Shown here: positions 53,016 through 64,000 of the stretch, piece by piece
Layout: each line of letters begins with the position of its first letter
Position numbering within the stretch: position 1 is the first letter of the stretch
Translations under genes and position numbers: made by a program
The notes under the pieces: model-generated
Database searches by the model: none
Told to the model about the DNA's origin: nothing
The model's input: the letters and a program-made list of their open reading frames with translations, nothing else
Origin: Botryllus schlosseri
Taxonomy: Eukaryota
Assembly (NCBI GenBank): GCA_051294905.1
Contig: CM119372.1
Span: 9,612,001 to 9,676,000, forward strand
Direction: 5' to 3'
Length of the DNA: 64,000 bases

Positions 53016-53361
53016 TTCTGTAATCTGACTTCTCCATGTATTGCATAGGAATAACAATTTCAATGTATTACTGAAATTTTAAAAATTTACTCCAATCTCG
53101 CCATTTTCCTTTGGGCGCAGGTTGCTCCCCGGATTATGTGTGTATTGACCAGTTTCTTACTGTGAATAAAGAATATAATAATTCTCCATCTACTGCATTT
53201 CTGTAATCTGACCTCTTCGTGTATTGCATAGGAATAACAATTTGACAGTATTACTGTAAAAAATTACTCCAGTCTCGCCATTTTCCTTTGGGGTCAGGTT
53301 ACTCCCCGGATTATGTGTGCAATTGTGCATTTACCAGTTTTACTGTGAATAAAGAATATAA
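53016..53361. repeat. ~185-bp tandem duplication
   Basis: TTCTGTAATCTGAC...GTATTGCATAGGAATAACAATTT...CTCCCCGGATTATGTGTG...TACTGTGAATAAAGAATATAAT occurs at ~53016-53180 and ~53200-53361. Confidence 0.85.
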
Positions 53362-54654
53362 TCATATTCATTGTGTCATACTTTTATAGTTGACAGCAAT
53401 TAAGATATGGTACTGTTGACTGACATTTGCATTTATTAGCTGCAACACCATTCAGGAGTTACGAATCACTTCGGACCAAGTTCCAGCGCTCGCAAATATT
53501 TATATCGAAAAAAAGTCATTATTATCTTCTGGAGAATGAATTGTCTTAATTATATGAAGCCGCTTTTAATGCTTCGTAACATAATAGGTATGGCTCATTC
53601 TTTCCTGGAGTCCGAAATATGGTTCCGGCGCTCTATTAGTTTCAGATTCACCGTACACACGCGAATCAAGTTTCCACGCCTCAAGTTCAATGTGGGCAGA
53701 ATGCAGTTATTGTTGCATGATACGGCACATTTTCGCTGCTAAGATTTGCAGATTAGCCTACACCTACACATTCTTAATTTTCTCATACCGGCGCGACTGT
53801 TGAGAAAGGAGAGACGGTTGCTGTTGTAGTAGGCCTACAGCGTTATGGCTGACAACTTGATCGCTATGGCTATTGCCTTTACGTAGCCGAATTCCGTGCC
53901 TTCCAACGCTGAGAGCGGTGATGAGAATCTACCCGTCGGGGTTTTTTGCTTTTCACAAGGCCACTTCAACGCTTGTCATTGAGTATGCACAGAAACTCTA
54001 ATATGGTCGTGAATTCATAAGGTGGGTACTAGGTAGGATATAGGCTACGCTTCGCAAAAACTTGGTACAAGTTTCTACTTTTCCGTCGTAGTGCCAAAAA
54101 GAGTATTTCATTAACCAATCCTCCATCACTCCTAATCCATATCGTATCGTATATTTAAACGTAATTCTCTCAAAGTGGGCTGTAGTTACAGGATAAGACG
54201 AACAGTGATGAAACGACCCACAAATATATTGCGACCTCGATTCCACTGCATAGAGTGGAAAAATGGACATCAGGACTTCATAAACTGACTAATTAGTTTG
54301 AAGTGTGAAATGAGCTGGTGCTGAATTCACGCCAGGGCTTACATACGTCGCACTGCGCCAGATCTCATAACTAGCTTCCGTTGATATGATTATATTATTT
54401 GCTATATTTCGTCTTTCATTTTGTTCTTTCGTGGCCTTTTGAGAACTAAAAATTTATCTGTGGTTGGCCTTCTCGTTGGACACCTGGACAAGTTGGAGTG
54501 ACTCCGGGGCAGTGGCCAGTCGCCGCATGTAATACCCAATTTGAATACGGCAAAATATTTCAATGGCAGATAGTCACAGCCAGACACCGAATTTTTCAAT
54601 GTCAGTCGAAATGAATGAAATAGAAGGAATTGTGATTGGCAATCTTATCTTACC

Positions 54655-55126
54655 TAGGCTTACCATATTTCGGAAATGAAAAAAGAGGACACTTTTTCAG
54701 AAATTTCAGACAAGCAAAACTGGAGAAGAATTCTCAAAAACAGGTAAATTTCACCCGCTTCATGATCGGTTGACTAAAAAAAAAAAAAAAAAAAAAAAAG
54801 GTCATCACTTCCGCTCAGAGCTCAAAAACACGTTTTTCACTCCACATTGCTAGGTGGATGACTAAAAAAAAAAAAAAAAAAAAAAAAAGGTCTTCTTTTC
54901 GCTCAGAGCTGAAATCACCACTTTTCCCTCCGAAATACCCGCCGGAGCTTCACTTCTGCGCTAATTTGCGGCATATCACTCGCAATTTCCTCTAAATCTG
55001 ACCTAAATTTTCAAAAAAGAGGACAAAATCTCAAAAAAGAGGACAAAAGGGCGTCCTCCGAGGACACTTTCAAAAAAGTCAAAAAAGAGGACAAATCCTC
55101 TTAAAAGAGGACGTATGGTAAGCCTA
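54655..55126. mobile_element. hAT MITE with AAAAGAGGAC subterminal repeats and two internal poly(A) tracts
   Basis: TIR TAGGCTTACCATA / TATGGTAAGCCTA; perfect TSD ATCTTACC; related degenerate copies at ~27680-27972 and ~35120-35369. Confidence 0.92.
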
Positions 55127-56816
55127 ATCTTACCGGACTCACACGACAGGTCAGCCGTTATGTGGTATCGTTCTGTACTGCTAGTCCGTTCGTCGAATTA
55201 GCATGGCAAATAAAAGGACTGAACTCTTCGTAAGACATCCGAAAATCATTCATCACGAAATTGGGCGAAAGTCACGTGACTGTCGTTTCCTGTTCTATAT
55301 ATATTCCCGTAGGCGTAACTAGGGTGTGAACAAGGGGCGCGCTATAAGATCTGTGTTGTGCACGTTTACGTATAGCTAAAATTCCAGCCGGTGCGATCTG
55401 CGCATTCTTTCAATACTCAAATTCAAATGTATTCGGTAAGTAGAAACAAAACGGAATAGAGCATTCCCAATGCACGACTTTGGACAAGAACAAGAGCTAC
55501 GCTGCGCGTAAGAATTAAGAACAAACCAGCATTCCGATCTACGTGGAGCTTTTGACGCCGGTCACGAGACAGTCTCGTATAGCCGCGGAAGTAATCCGAT
55601 CATCTGACTTTTGCTTTTGCCACGTGGCAGTTTTTAAGAAGCCGAGTGTTAATATGTGATGATCTTCCTATTGTGCTCGTAACCATTCAATCTCTTCAGC
55701 GGAAGTACAGCAATTATACGCGATCACATGACAAAACTTCCTGTATAGTCTCTGTAGTACCGGTACTACGACAAGTGGAGAGCGCGAGTTACCGAACAAA
55801 ATTCCCCTCGTTTCAACTAACGACAAGACACCACTGCAGCAATTTCAGTATGTTTTCTATTAAAATCACATGCAGTTCAACGGTAGAAATACAAAAGATG
55901 TCACATTCAAGCCTGCATAACGGACTCATAATATATCATAGTGGAACATTTGAAATCCTATTAAAATCGTCGAGCACGGTTCATCCGCTTCGCTAACACC
56001 TTTACAGGTAAATTGCAGAGTAGAACGTAATTGACTTGGAACTGTCCAGCATCCCTTTTTAGTTTTAAATTTGTGAACACATCTGGGCCGTTGATCTTAA
56101 AGCCGTTCACCGAGATAAAGGGGTTAGCGACGCGGTCCAAGCGACGCGGTTACCAAGAACTTGAGTTCCATAAATTTAAACACATGAAGGCAGAGGTGAT
56201 CAAACAAATGCGATTAGATGTCGCGATTAGCATGATTCCATCATAGGAGCTAATCTCGAAGTTGCAACTGTAATATCCGCGTGCGATGTGTCATTAGCTG
56301 ATGAATATAGGTAAATTGCGGTTGTGAATAACTCGCGAATCACAAAAAAGATATAGAACCACTGCGTCAAGCCGACAAACACGGGGAGAGTTGGTGAATA
56401 GACCTAACGGCGTTGACTACGCATTTACCTGCAGCGCATTGTTGGTCTAGCGCGCGAATTCATCATAACCGCAGGCCATTGCCAAAAATTGAAATGTTCT
56501 GTCTTGCAAAGCAGAATATTGTAGATTGTACGACGTACACATAGGAAGTAAAACTACTTCGAGACAGCAACAGCACAAAATCAACATACGAAATCTATCT
56601 GGCTCTAAATATAGAAATTAGATATATTTGCACAGTATTTAAGCGCATAACGTAAATAAAGAAGTAGACAGCCCAGCAGAAAAGCATGGCACTTTGCTTG
56701 GAATTGAAAGAATCAACGGTATTAGCAGGTAATGCACCGACTATACCCTGCGTCGTCAGTACGAATTCGTAAATTCCCGCGAAAATGAATGTGACATCAC
56801 CAGCTGCATATCAGTT

Positions 56817-58078
56817 TCACGACTGCCGTAGCAGCCAATCGATACCCTTTTCGACCCCTTGCATATCAGAAACTACCACGTCCTGTACCCTCCACTGTCT
56901 GTCAGATACGTCGTGAAGGCCCAACATAGCGATGATTTGAAGCGTACTCAGCCTACTGGCGGCATCGTCGTGAACACAAGATAAAATGAGCAAAGGTCTC
57001 TTACTGTCAACATTCGAGGCGCCGATAGATTCGGAAGAATTTTCGGTGTTATTTTCCCGGTTCTCACCCTCTGCAGCATCGCCGCCTACCAGGGCCGAAT
57101 TTATGTTAGTATCGGGGACTGTTCCCTTCAAAATCGCGTCGAGTTCCAGTTTATTGCATACGATGTCTTCCCACTTTTGCCCTACGCTAGCATCCACCGT
57201 GTATATCAATTTGTAATTGCCTTTTCGTTCAGCGATATAAAAACGCACTGCCTCGTGTAAAGTCAAAACAGGCTCGGATTCAACATTATCGTCACGATCT
57301 GCCGGTTCGCGTACCAATTCCACCATGTTACTATTGCGCAATCTTTCCATGCCCGTTCTATTCTCGCGGACTCGATTATTGCCGGAATACATGGCGATCA
57401 AGTTGAACGATGTCTTTCCCTTGAAAACTACTTGCACGCCAGAGCCTATCCCGTCCCTGTTGCCGGGTAGCAGCCCCTTTGTTTCCAAAAATTCGTTACC
57501 CCACATTAAAGAACGGAATAACTTGCTTGTTCTGGGAGAATCTATGCCGGGTCCGGTGATGATTACTTCGCCCTGGCCGTTGTCATTACCAGGCCATATC
57601 GATTTAAGCAAACCGGGCAAGCCATACGCGGGATGGGATTCGTCAATATCGTCCTGTGCTCTTTGGTAAGAGGAATGGATATACAGAGCTTTATAGTTAA
57701 CTTCTTCTTTCCGTCGATTTTCCAAACTGCTTGATTTACCACATATTTCAGTCTCTGCAGAACATAAGCTGTCGTCGAGTGGAATCAAATCTGCGATATC
57801 GACACCATACCCAAGTTTACTGACTATGTCGCTGTTCCAAATTTTCGGTAAAAGCGGGTGGCTTTTGTTGGTCATGCTGCTCCATCGGCACATGTCTCTG
57901 ATTAGCAATTCACGCCATAATATTTGATCGTTGGACACATGGTGCCAGTGACTGTTTGCGAGCGACATGTTGCACACATCTCCCGTTTCGAGAAACGACA
58001 GAACCATAAGTTTGCAGTAGATTGGTAAAGAGTTCAGACTTGCAACACTGTCGTCGTCATCGTCGGCATCACTGGTTG
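56817..58078 (-). CDS. FBXO4: F-box only protein 4, large last coding exon (5' exon(s) not located)
   Basis: Acceptor TTACAG at 58079 opens ...SLNSLPIYCKLMVLSFL...W...DQILWR (F-box). The C-terminal GTPase-like substrate domain has GPG, DGIGSGV, FNLIAMYS, RPLLILSC, WRVQD and GIDWLL, as in FBXO4. Confidence 0.9.
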
Positions 58079-58302
58079 CTGTAACATAAACACGGGTTCA
58101 ATACAGGGGATTCATTAGAAGTCAAAATCTGGAAAACCCTAAGGAAAAACCTGACATATACGCTACAGTGGTTAGTAACAAACTTGGACAACTAGACAAT
58201 TCAAGTTGTCCAATTGGACTAACTAGAGCGAAATGCCGGTAACACTGGTCTACAAATTTCGAAAAGATTTTTGCGACACAAATTTTAATGATTGATATAG
58301 GC

Positions 58303-61199
58303 CAGTGGTTCTCAAGCTTTTTCACTGTGGGAGCCATTTTATGAACCTCAACTCTGTCGGGAGCCGCATGATGGCACGAATAACGTAATTTATTGAGAAT
58401 AGAAAAATATCATCAAAAATGGTATCAACGAAATGGTGTACGGCTAAAATAGCGACGGCCTTAATAGCGACGGCCAAAACACCGACTGGCCACAACAGCG
58501 ACGGCCATAACAGCGACGGCCAAAACCGCGATTGGCTCAAACAGCGACGGCCAAAACAAATACGACAATTTCCCCAGACGACACTGTGACAGCGGGCACT
58601 CCCCATACGGACAACTTCCGAAACGACGTTACCCAGCCACGTCCCTTCACCGATGGTATACCGAGGTATACCCTTCACCGTTGAAGCCGATTGCGGATGA
58701 TTTACAATTTACATTCTTCCAGATAGTAAATAGATAGTGATCACCACAGATTTAGCGTCACAACATGTTTATTGAGACTTAATCCACAATCTTTCTGAGT
58801 TCCGAGAGCATGTGAATTGAGTTTGGATGAACAAGGCGTGACGCTAAATCTGTGGTGATCACTATCTATTTTGCAACTTAGTGCGAAACTTGAAATTGAA
58901 TTTGATTTTTCACAAGTTTGTCATAACGAGGTTTCATCGTGGAGGAAGCTGTGCACAAGAGCTGTTTCAGATGACGATCAGTCAATCGGTTGCGATATTT
59001 GCTTTTGATCCTCACTAATTTGCTGAAAAGGGCTTCACATACATAGGTTGAACCGAACATGCAGGCATTCTTCGATGCGTTAGCTATCAGGTTGGGGTAT
59101 TTTTCTTCAGGAACAGCACCCCAAAATTCAAGGAGTCCATTGCTTTGAAACAACAGTCGCAATTCTATATCGGACTGCAAGTCCAGCAGTTCCATCTGAA
59201 AAATATCAGGGGCAGTGGCGGCATCTACTGCCATTGGGTTTGAAAATATATTCATCAGGGGTACGGAATGATGCATTCCCTCTATTCGACGTTTAAACCC
59301 GTCAATCAAGGTACTAATAACCTGGTCATATGTTTTGAATGATCCATTCTGTCGGTGGTTTGAAAGCGTTACAAAATGTGTCGTAACACCCTCCTCTAGG
59401 TGCTTTCTCCAAAGACACAATTTCTCAATGAAACCAGACACTGTCCCGTACCAGGCGTGACAGAGCTTGTTATTTCCTTGTAAGTTCCGATTTAGTGACG
59501 ACAGGTGTGAGGTAATATCCACCATGAACGCCAAGTCAGCAACCCAGTGTTCGTTTCCCAACTGAGGGATGTCTTTCTTTCCTTCGACAAATATTTTAAT
59601 CTCAGGAAGTAGCGCGTAAAATCTTTTGAGGCATGCAGCTCGGCTTAGCCATCGTACAGCGGTGAACATGATCAAGTCTCCATGGTCAGCATCAATATCG
59701 GTGAGAAAAGCCTTGAATTTTCGATGGTTAAGTGCGTTTGCTCGAATCCAATTTACGGTCGATATTACTATATCTGTCACATTGGACATCTTTAATGATT
59801 TAGCAACAAGACTTTCCTGGTGTATAATGCAGTGTTGCCAAGTCACAGCGTCAAGATTCTGTTCAGCACGCCATTTGTTGACGAGTCCTTGAAGACCTAG
59901 ATTTTTGCCGAGCATTGCTGGGCAGCCATCTGTCGCCAATGAATATAATTTCGATGGGTCTAAATGCGCTTCTTGAAGAGTAGCATGAAATTCACGAAAC
60001 ATGTCGGTTCCCTTCGTTGTGCCATGAATAGATCGCAAAGTAAGAAACTCCTCGCAAATCTTGAAATCTGGCATGACTCCCCGGATGAATACAGCTAATT
60101 GCTCTATGTCGGTAATGTCGTTAGTGCTGTCAAGAGCAAGCGAGTAGTAAGAAAAATCTTGCGACTTGTGAATAAGTTGCTCATGCAGATCTTGGGATAT
60201 GCAATCGACACGACGCGTTACTGTATCATTGCTAAGCTGCAATTTTTTAGCTTTCTGCTGAATGGCAGGAGAACAATTGTCTTCGGTAAACAAAACAATA
60301 GCCTGCTTCGTAATTTCGCCATCAGAATATGGCTTCATATTGCTGGCCAATAGATGACTGATCTTATATGATGTTATTGTTACCTCTTCGGGTTCTTTTT
60401 TTTTTAAAAACATTTTTCCTTGTTTGCTACGCTCTGCTTTCAGACATTCTAACTTCCGTTTCCTTGATTCACCTTGATAGACGTCGTATTTTCCCGCATG
60501 TGTTTTATAATGCCTCTTAACGTTGAAAGATTTTACACCGTTTATTATTATAGGGCACAGAAGGCATTTCGCTTTGCCGTTTTCCTCAATTTGAAAATAC
60601 GCCTCTTCCCATTCACTTTGAAAGGCCCGATTTTCTTGCACAAGGGCTACGAGATTTCTTTGCAGGTTGATCTGAACCTGACATTATCATCGAACCAAAG
60701 TCTCCGATATTTTCTAACGCTATCAAGATCAAAGCAAAGAGTAAGAAAATAAAGTACCTGCAGTTACCCCAAACGTTGATTGTCTTATTGACCGAGTCTC
60801 TTGTCACCCGTATTCTAATATGAGCCGCCGTCTCGAGCGAAATAAACTTCGCCCGTCTCATTACAGACACCTGATTAGGCTTAGGTCAGACGGTCAGAGC
60901 CTTCAGTAAAGCAGTAAAGGTTCGGATTTAAAGCCTACCGAAATTACTATCGGTAATGTTACGTCACAACCCGTACAACTTGTATTACGTAGGATTCTAT
61001 TGTGATCAGGGAATGACCTTCGCGTCAGTAAACGTGAACATAAACGTACATTTGTTGTGTTGAAGGCGCGATTTATTTATGATCATGAATAATTAGAATT
61101 TCCGTAGAAGCATCAATGATTTCACATCGTTAGTGAGAGCCGCACGGAGAGCAGTCGAGAGCCGCATGCGGCTCGGAGAGCCGCGGTTGAGAATCACTG
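58303..61199 (-). mobile_element. Full-length hAT transposon, Buster/SPIN (GTF2IRD2/ZBED5-like) clade, 2897 bp
   Basis: TIRs CAGTGGTTCTCAA / TTGAGAATCACTG; perfect TSD ATATAGGC (58295-58302, 61200-61207); GAGCCGCA subterminal repeats at both ends; one transposase ORF. Confidence 0.96.
58878..60641 (-). CDS. hAT transposase (Buster/SPIN-like), 587 aa, apparently intact
   Basis: BED-like zinc finger (CLLC...RHYKTH); catalytic LALD, ATDG and STYVCE; CIIH (CxxH); VRWLS; C-terminal hATC region (FS...IKSKYRNRLTD). Confidence 0.94.
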   Translation of the reverse strand: MQENRAFQSEWEEAYFQIEENGKAKCLLCPIIINGVKSFNVKRHYKTHAGKYDVYQGESRKRKLECLKAERSKQGKMFLKKKEPEEVTITSYKISHLLASNMKPYSDGEITKQAIVLFTEDNCSPAIQQKAKKLQLSNDTVTRRVDCISQDLHEQLIHKSQDFSYYSLALDSTNDITDIEQLAVFIRGVMPDFKICEEFLTLRSIHGTTKGTDMFREFHATLQEAHLDPSKLYSLATDGCPAMLGKNLGLQGLVNKWRAEQNLDAVTWQHCIIHQESLVAKSLKMSNVTDIVISTVNWIRANALNHRKFKAFLTDIDADHGDLIMFTAVRWLSRAACLKRFYALLPEIKIFVEGKKDIPQLGNEHWVADLAFMVDITSHLSSLNRNLQGNNKLCHAWYGTVSGFIEKLCLWRKHLEEGVTTHFVTLSNHRQNGSFKTYDQVISTLIDGFKRRIEGMHHSVPLMNIFSNPMAVDAATAPDIFQMELLDLQSDIELRLLFQSNGLLEFWGAVPEEKYPNLIANASKNACMFGSTYVCEALFSKLVRIKSKYRNRLTDRHLKQLLCTASSTMKPRYDKLVKNQIQFQVSH

Positions 61200-62899
61200 A
61201 TATAGGCTATTTTAAGGTTGGTGAATCCGAATTTGTGCTCGGAATTTCTTCAGCACGTCAGATTTTTTCCGTATGAATTTTTCTCATTTTCAGAATTTAA
61301 TCAAATTTCGGCATTCGTTAGTGACATCACGGTAAGCATACAACAGCAACAGATCAAATATTGTTACTGAGATCATCTATAATGATGAAACCTGGGTCGT
61401 TGTAGAACAAAATAACTGAGTTGTCGGTGAACTTGAATCCAGTGGTTCTCTATTTTCTTTCAATCAGGACCTCTATTCCACCCATAAATTTATACGTGGA
61501 TGCAATTATTTATATACGGTAGCAGTTATCATCTTTATATACCACTCTTCGTTTAGAGATTGCGATTATTAGCTCCGTACCTAATTTAGTTCCATACGTT
61601 ATCTATCTTTGTACATCCGTCCTGCAGACTTAATCTGCCAATGCATTTTGTGACAGCACACTGCTATGTGGCCCTTTAAGCTTGTTTTAAAACATTAGAA
61701 GAAACAGGCTGTCTGCTTTTCCAAAGAAAAAGGTGCTTATCATGATAACTTGGGAAGAATTTATCATCATTAATCTCCACCTGCACTTATCATCTTCTAC
61801 AGTTTCCATATATTGTCACATATTAACGGAATCGAGGAAAGCTGTTTCTGAACTGTTTTTCTTTTGGTTTATTGCCATGATGTAAAGGGCTTCTTTTGAA
61901 TTGTCTATTATAGACAACCAGATGAAAGGAGACTACTTACTAACAGTAACAGCTCAACACGAAACCTGAAGTGCGTGTTACTTCACAATAGAAATAATTA
62001 TGCATCGGTTCTAGGAAAGTCGATCCCTATTGACATGTGACATTCTGTGACCTACACCAAATACCACGTGTTCTACGCTGGAACAGAGCCACAGAGATTA
62101 GCATTGGATAATTTCGAGGCTTTTATTTAGTGTTTTGCATGATTAAACACCAGTTTTAAATACAAAAAGCTTCACATTTTGGGTGGTTTCTGATTTGCTG
62201 TAATATTTTACTACGAACCGGAGTCCGAAGTGATCAGCGTTGCTACTCAAATAGCACAAGTAACGCCTTACATTTCTACTCAATTAGAAGCAGAAGTAGT
62301 CCTTTCTAAGGCATGTCAAAACTACTTCAAGTAGAAGATGAAATGAAAGGTCTGAGAATTACTAAAAGTCATTAAATGTCTAAGTAGGCTTGGTCGGGGG
62401 GAGGGTGGTCACATACTTTAAACAGTTTGTCGGAGGTGGCTACTTACGAAATCGTAAGATGTACCGCCGCATATAGCGCAAAATGACTATAATGACACTA
62501 CCCAAGGGTAAAATCCTCGAAAAAGATATACTCAGTTACCGTGATTCAGAGGCTATTTTACGCGTTTCTTATGGCAATTTAACTCATGATAGTGGTGCAA
62601 TATTATCCCTGAACTACTTTCTACTTTACAAAAACCCAATTGCAAAAGTAATTAGTTCATCCAGAATACTGTTCAGGTAGATGTTGAAGTAGTTGTAAAA
62701 CATTGCCATATTAGTAAGTACTGCAAGTAGCCAAAATCTACTCGAGTACTTCGAGAAAGTAGAAATATTCCACATATATAATATCTCAAAAACGTGACGT
62801 GATGGAGTAAAAATAACGTCAGATTCGTATTCAGCGCCCCCAAATCAGGTATAATTGACTCAAAGAAGTCCTGGTGCAAAAATCGTGTAGACCAGTGTA

Positions 62900-63680
62900 A
62901 TCTAATTCTAATCTAATTTTTGAGTTATGTTTTTATGCTCTAATTTCAATTCTAATCTAATCTAATTCAGGAAATGTTTTTATGCACTAATTTTTATTCG
63001 AAAATAATTTGTGAAATATTTTTATGTTATAATTTTAATTCTAATCTAATTTATGGATTTCATGAAGACTACAGGAGAACAGCATACTGCGAAACGAGCC
63101 AAGATTGGTGTACATGAGGGGCGGGCAACTTCTCCAGTCGGTGAGCCAGATATAGGAAAATTAAGCACTTGGCGGGCTGGATTCCCAAATTGATCTATTC
63201 ATTGATACATTGATACACCCTCACCCTATATAAGGAATAAGTCGTATCGGGGCCAACGGTCTACAGCCCCCGGCGTATATAATGTGAATTTGAAAACACG
63301 ACGCCCAAAACAGTATTTAATGAATTTGTTAACTGAATATACTTCAATAGCTGTCAAAGTCAATGAGATCTGTATTCTGTGGTCAATCAAAGTTGTCAGG
63401 CCGCTTAAAACCCCTTTGCGGGCTGTTTCCGGCCCATCGCCCCTGGTTTACAGAATACAGAGAAAGACATTTGTCCCATGCTTATAAGAATCAACTCTTA
63501 TCTGATGTAAACCGAACTCAACTCAATTCAGAAGTTTACCGAATTCAGTAATTCTAATTCTAGTCAAATTTGGAAATAACTTTGAGGATTATAGCTATAA
63601 TAATGCTAATTCTAGTCTAATTTCAAAAAGTATGTGTGTATTGTCGGGACTCGGGAGTCACTATAATTCTAATTTGGAAA
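62900..63680. repeat. AATTCTAATCT-type low-complexity repeats interrupted by a CAGGGGCGGGCAAC-family MITE fragment (~63117-63400)
   Basis: Arrays at ~62900-63052 and ~63540-63675; GAGGGGCGGGCAACTT at ~63117 with similarity to the reverse of the 9860 family. Confidence 0.6.
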
Positions 63681-64000
63681 AGCTGGGAATTTTATAGTTG
63701 TCCAACTAGTAAATTGACTACCACCATAGAAGTTTCATATATGAAATTCACTGTCACGGATATGAATTTTCAGTAGAGTTAGGAGATGTATCGATGCTTC
63801 CCATGGCAGTGAGTTTGTGTCTACAATGCGTATAATAATTCTTTCAATTCTTGGCAGAAGAGTGGTAATTAGCAATGAGACCCATGACATGATATAATAT
63901 AGAACACAATTCCTTCACTGACCGTGCAGCTGTAGAAAAGGTGAAAATTTAAGAGGGTGCTCCAAAATATACCTCAGGATGTTACGCTAAATTTAAGAAA

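Noticed and set aside
58322..58678. 118-aa ORF with WPSLL repeats, or a CRISPR-like array
   Set aside because: It is the translation of a 15-bp tandem repeat; there are no unique spacers and the context is eukaryotic.
61320..64000. Candidate first exon of FBXO4
   Set aside because: No open frame with a convincing phase-1 donor could be identified.

Overview
AT-rich, intron-containing eukaryotic DNA, most likely from a tunicate (ascidian). That assignment is an inference from gene content and divergence. Hand-spliced gene models: (1) a 3-exon MADF/BESS-type gene (minus, 111-1230) that is frameshifted by a 7-bp insertion shaped like a hAT excision footprint; (2) single-exon ribophorin II/RPN2 (minus); (3) a 5-exon orphan 7TM receptor-like gene (minus, 365 aa); (4) a 10-coding-exon TGF-beta type II receptor, TGFBR2-like (plus, 579 aa); (5) FBXO4 (minus, large last exon; first exon not located). 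Just upstream of the FBXO4 exon is a complete 2.9-kb Buster/SPIN-type hAT transposon with TIRs, a perfect 8-bp TSD and an intact 587-aa transposase. The rest holds many non-autonomous hAT elements/MITEs (several with verified 8-bp TSDs, nesting or fold-back structure), LINE fragments and tRNA-derived SINE remnants. A ~20-kb stretch (36-56 kb) has no recognisable gene apart from a TATA/CCAAT/NRF1-like promoter in front of a 44-codon Cys-rich ORF. No CRISPR, rRNA or convincing tRNA gene was seen. No database searches were run; family assignments rest on recognised motifs.
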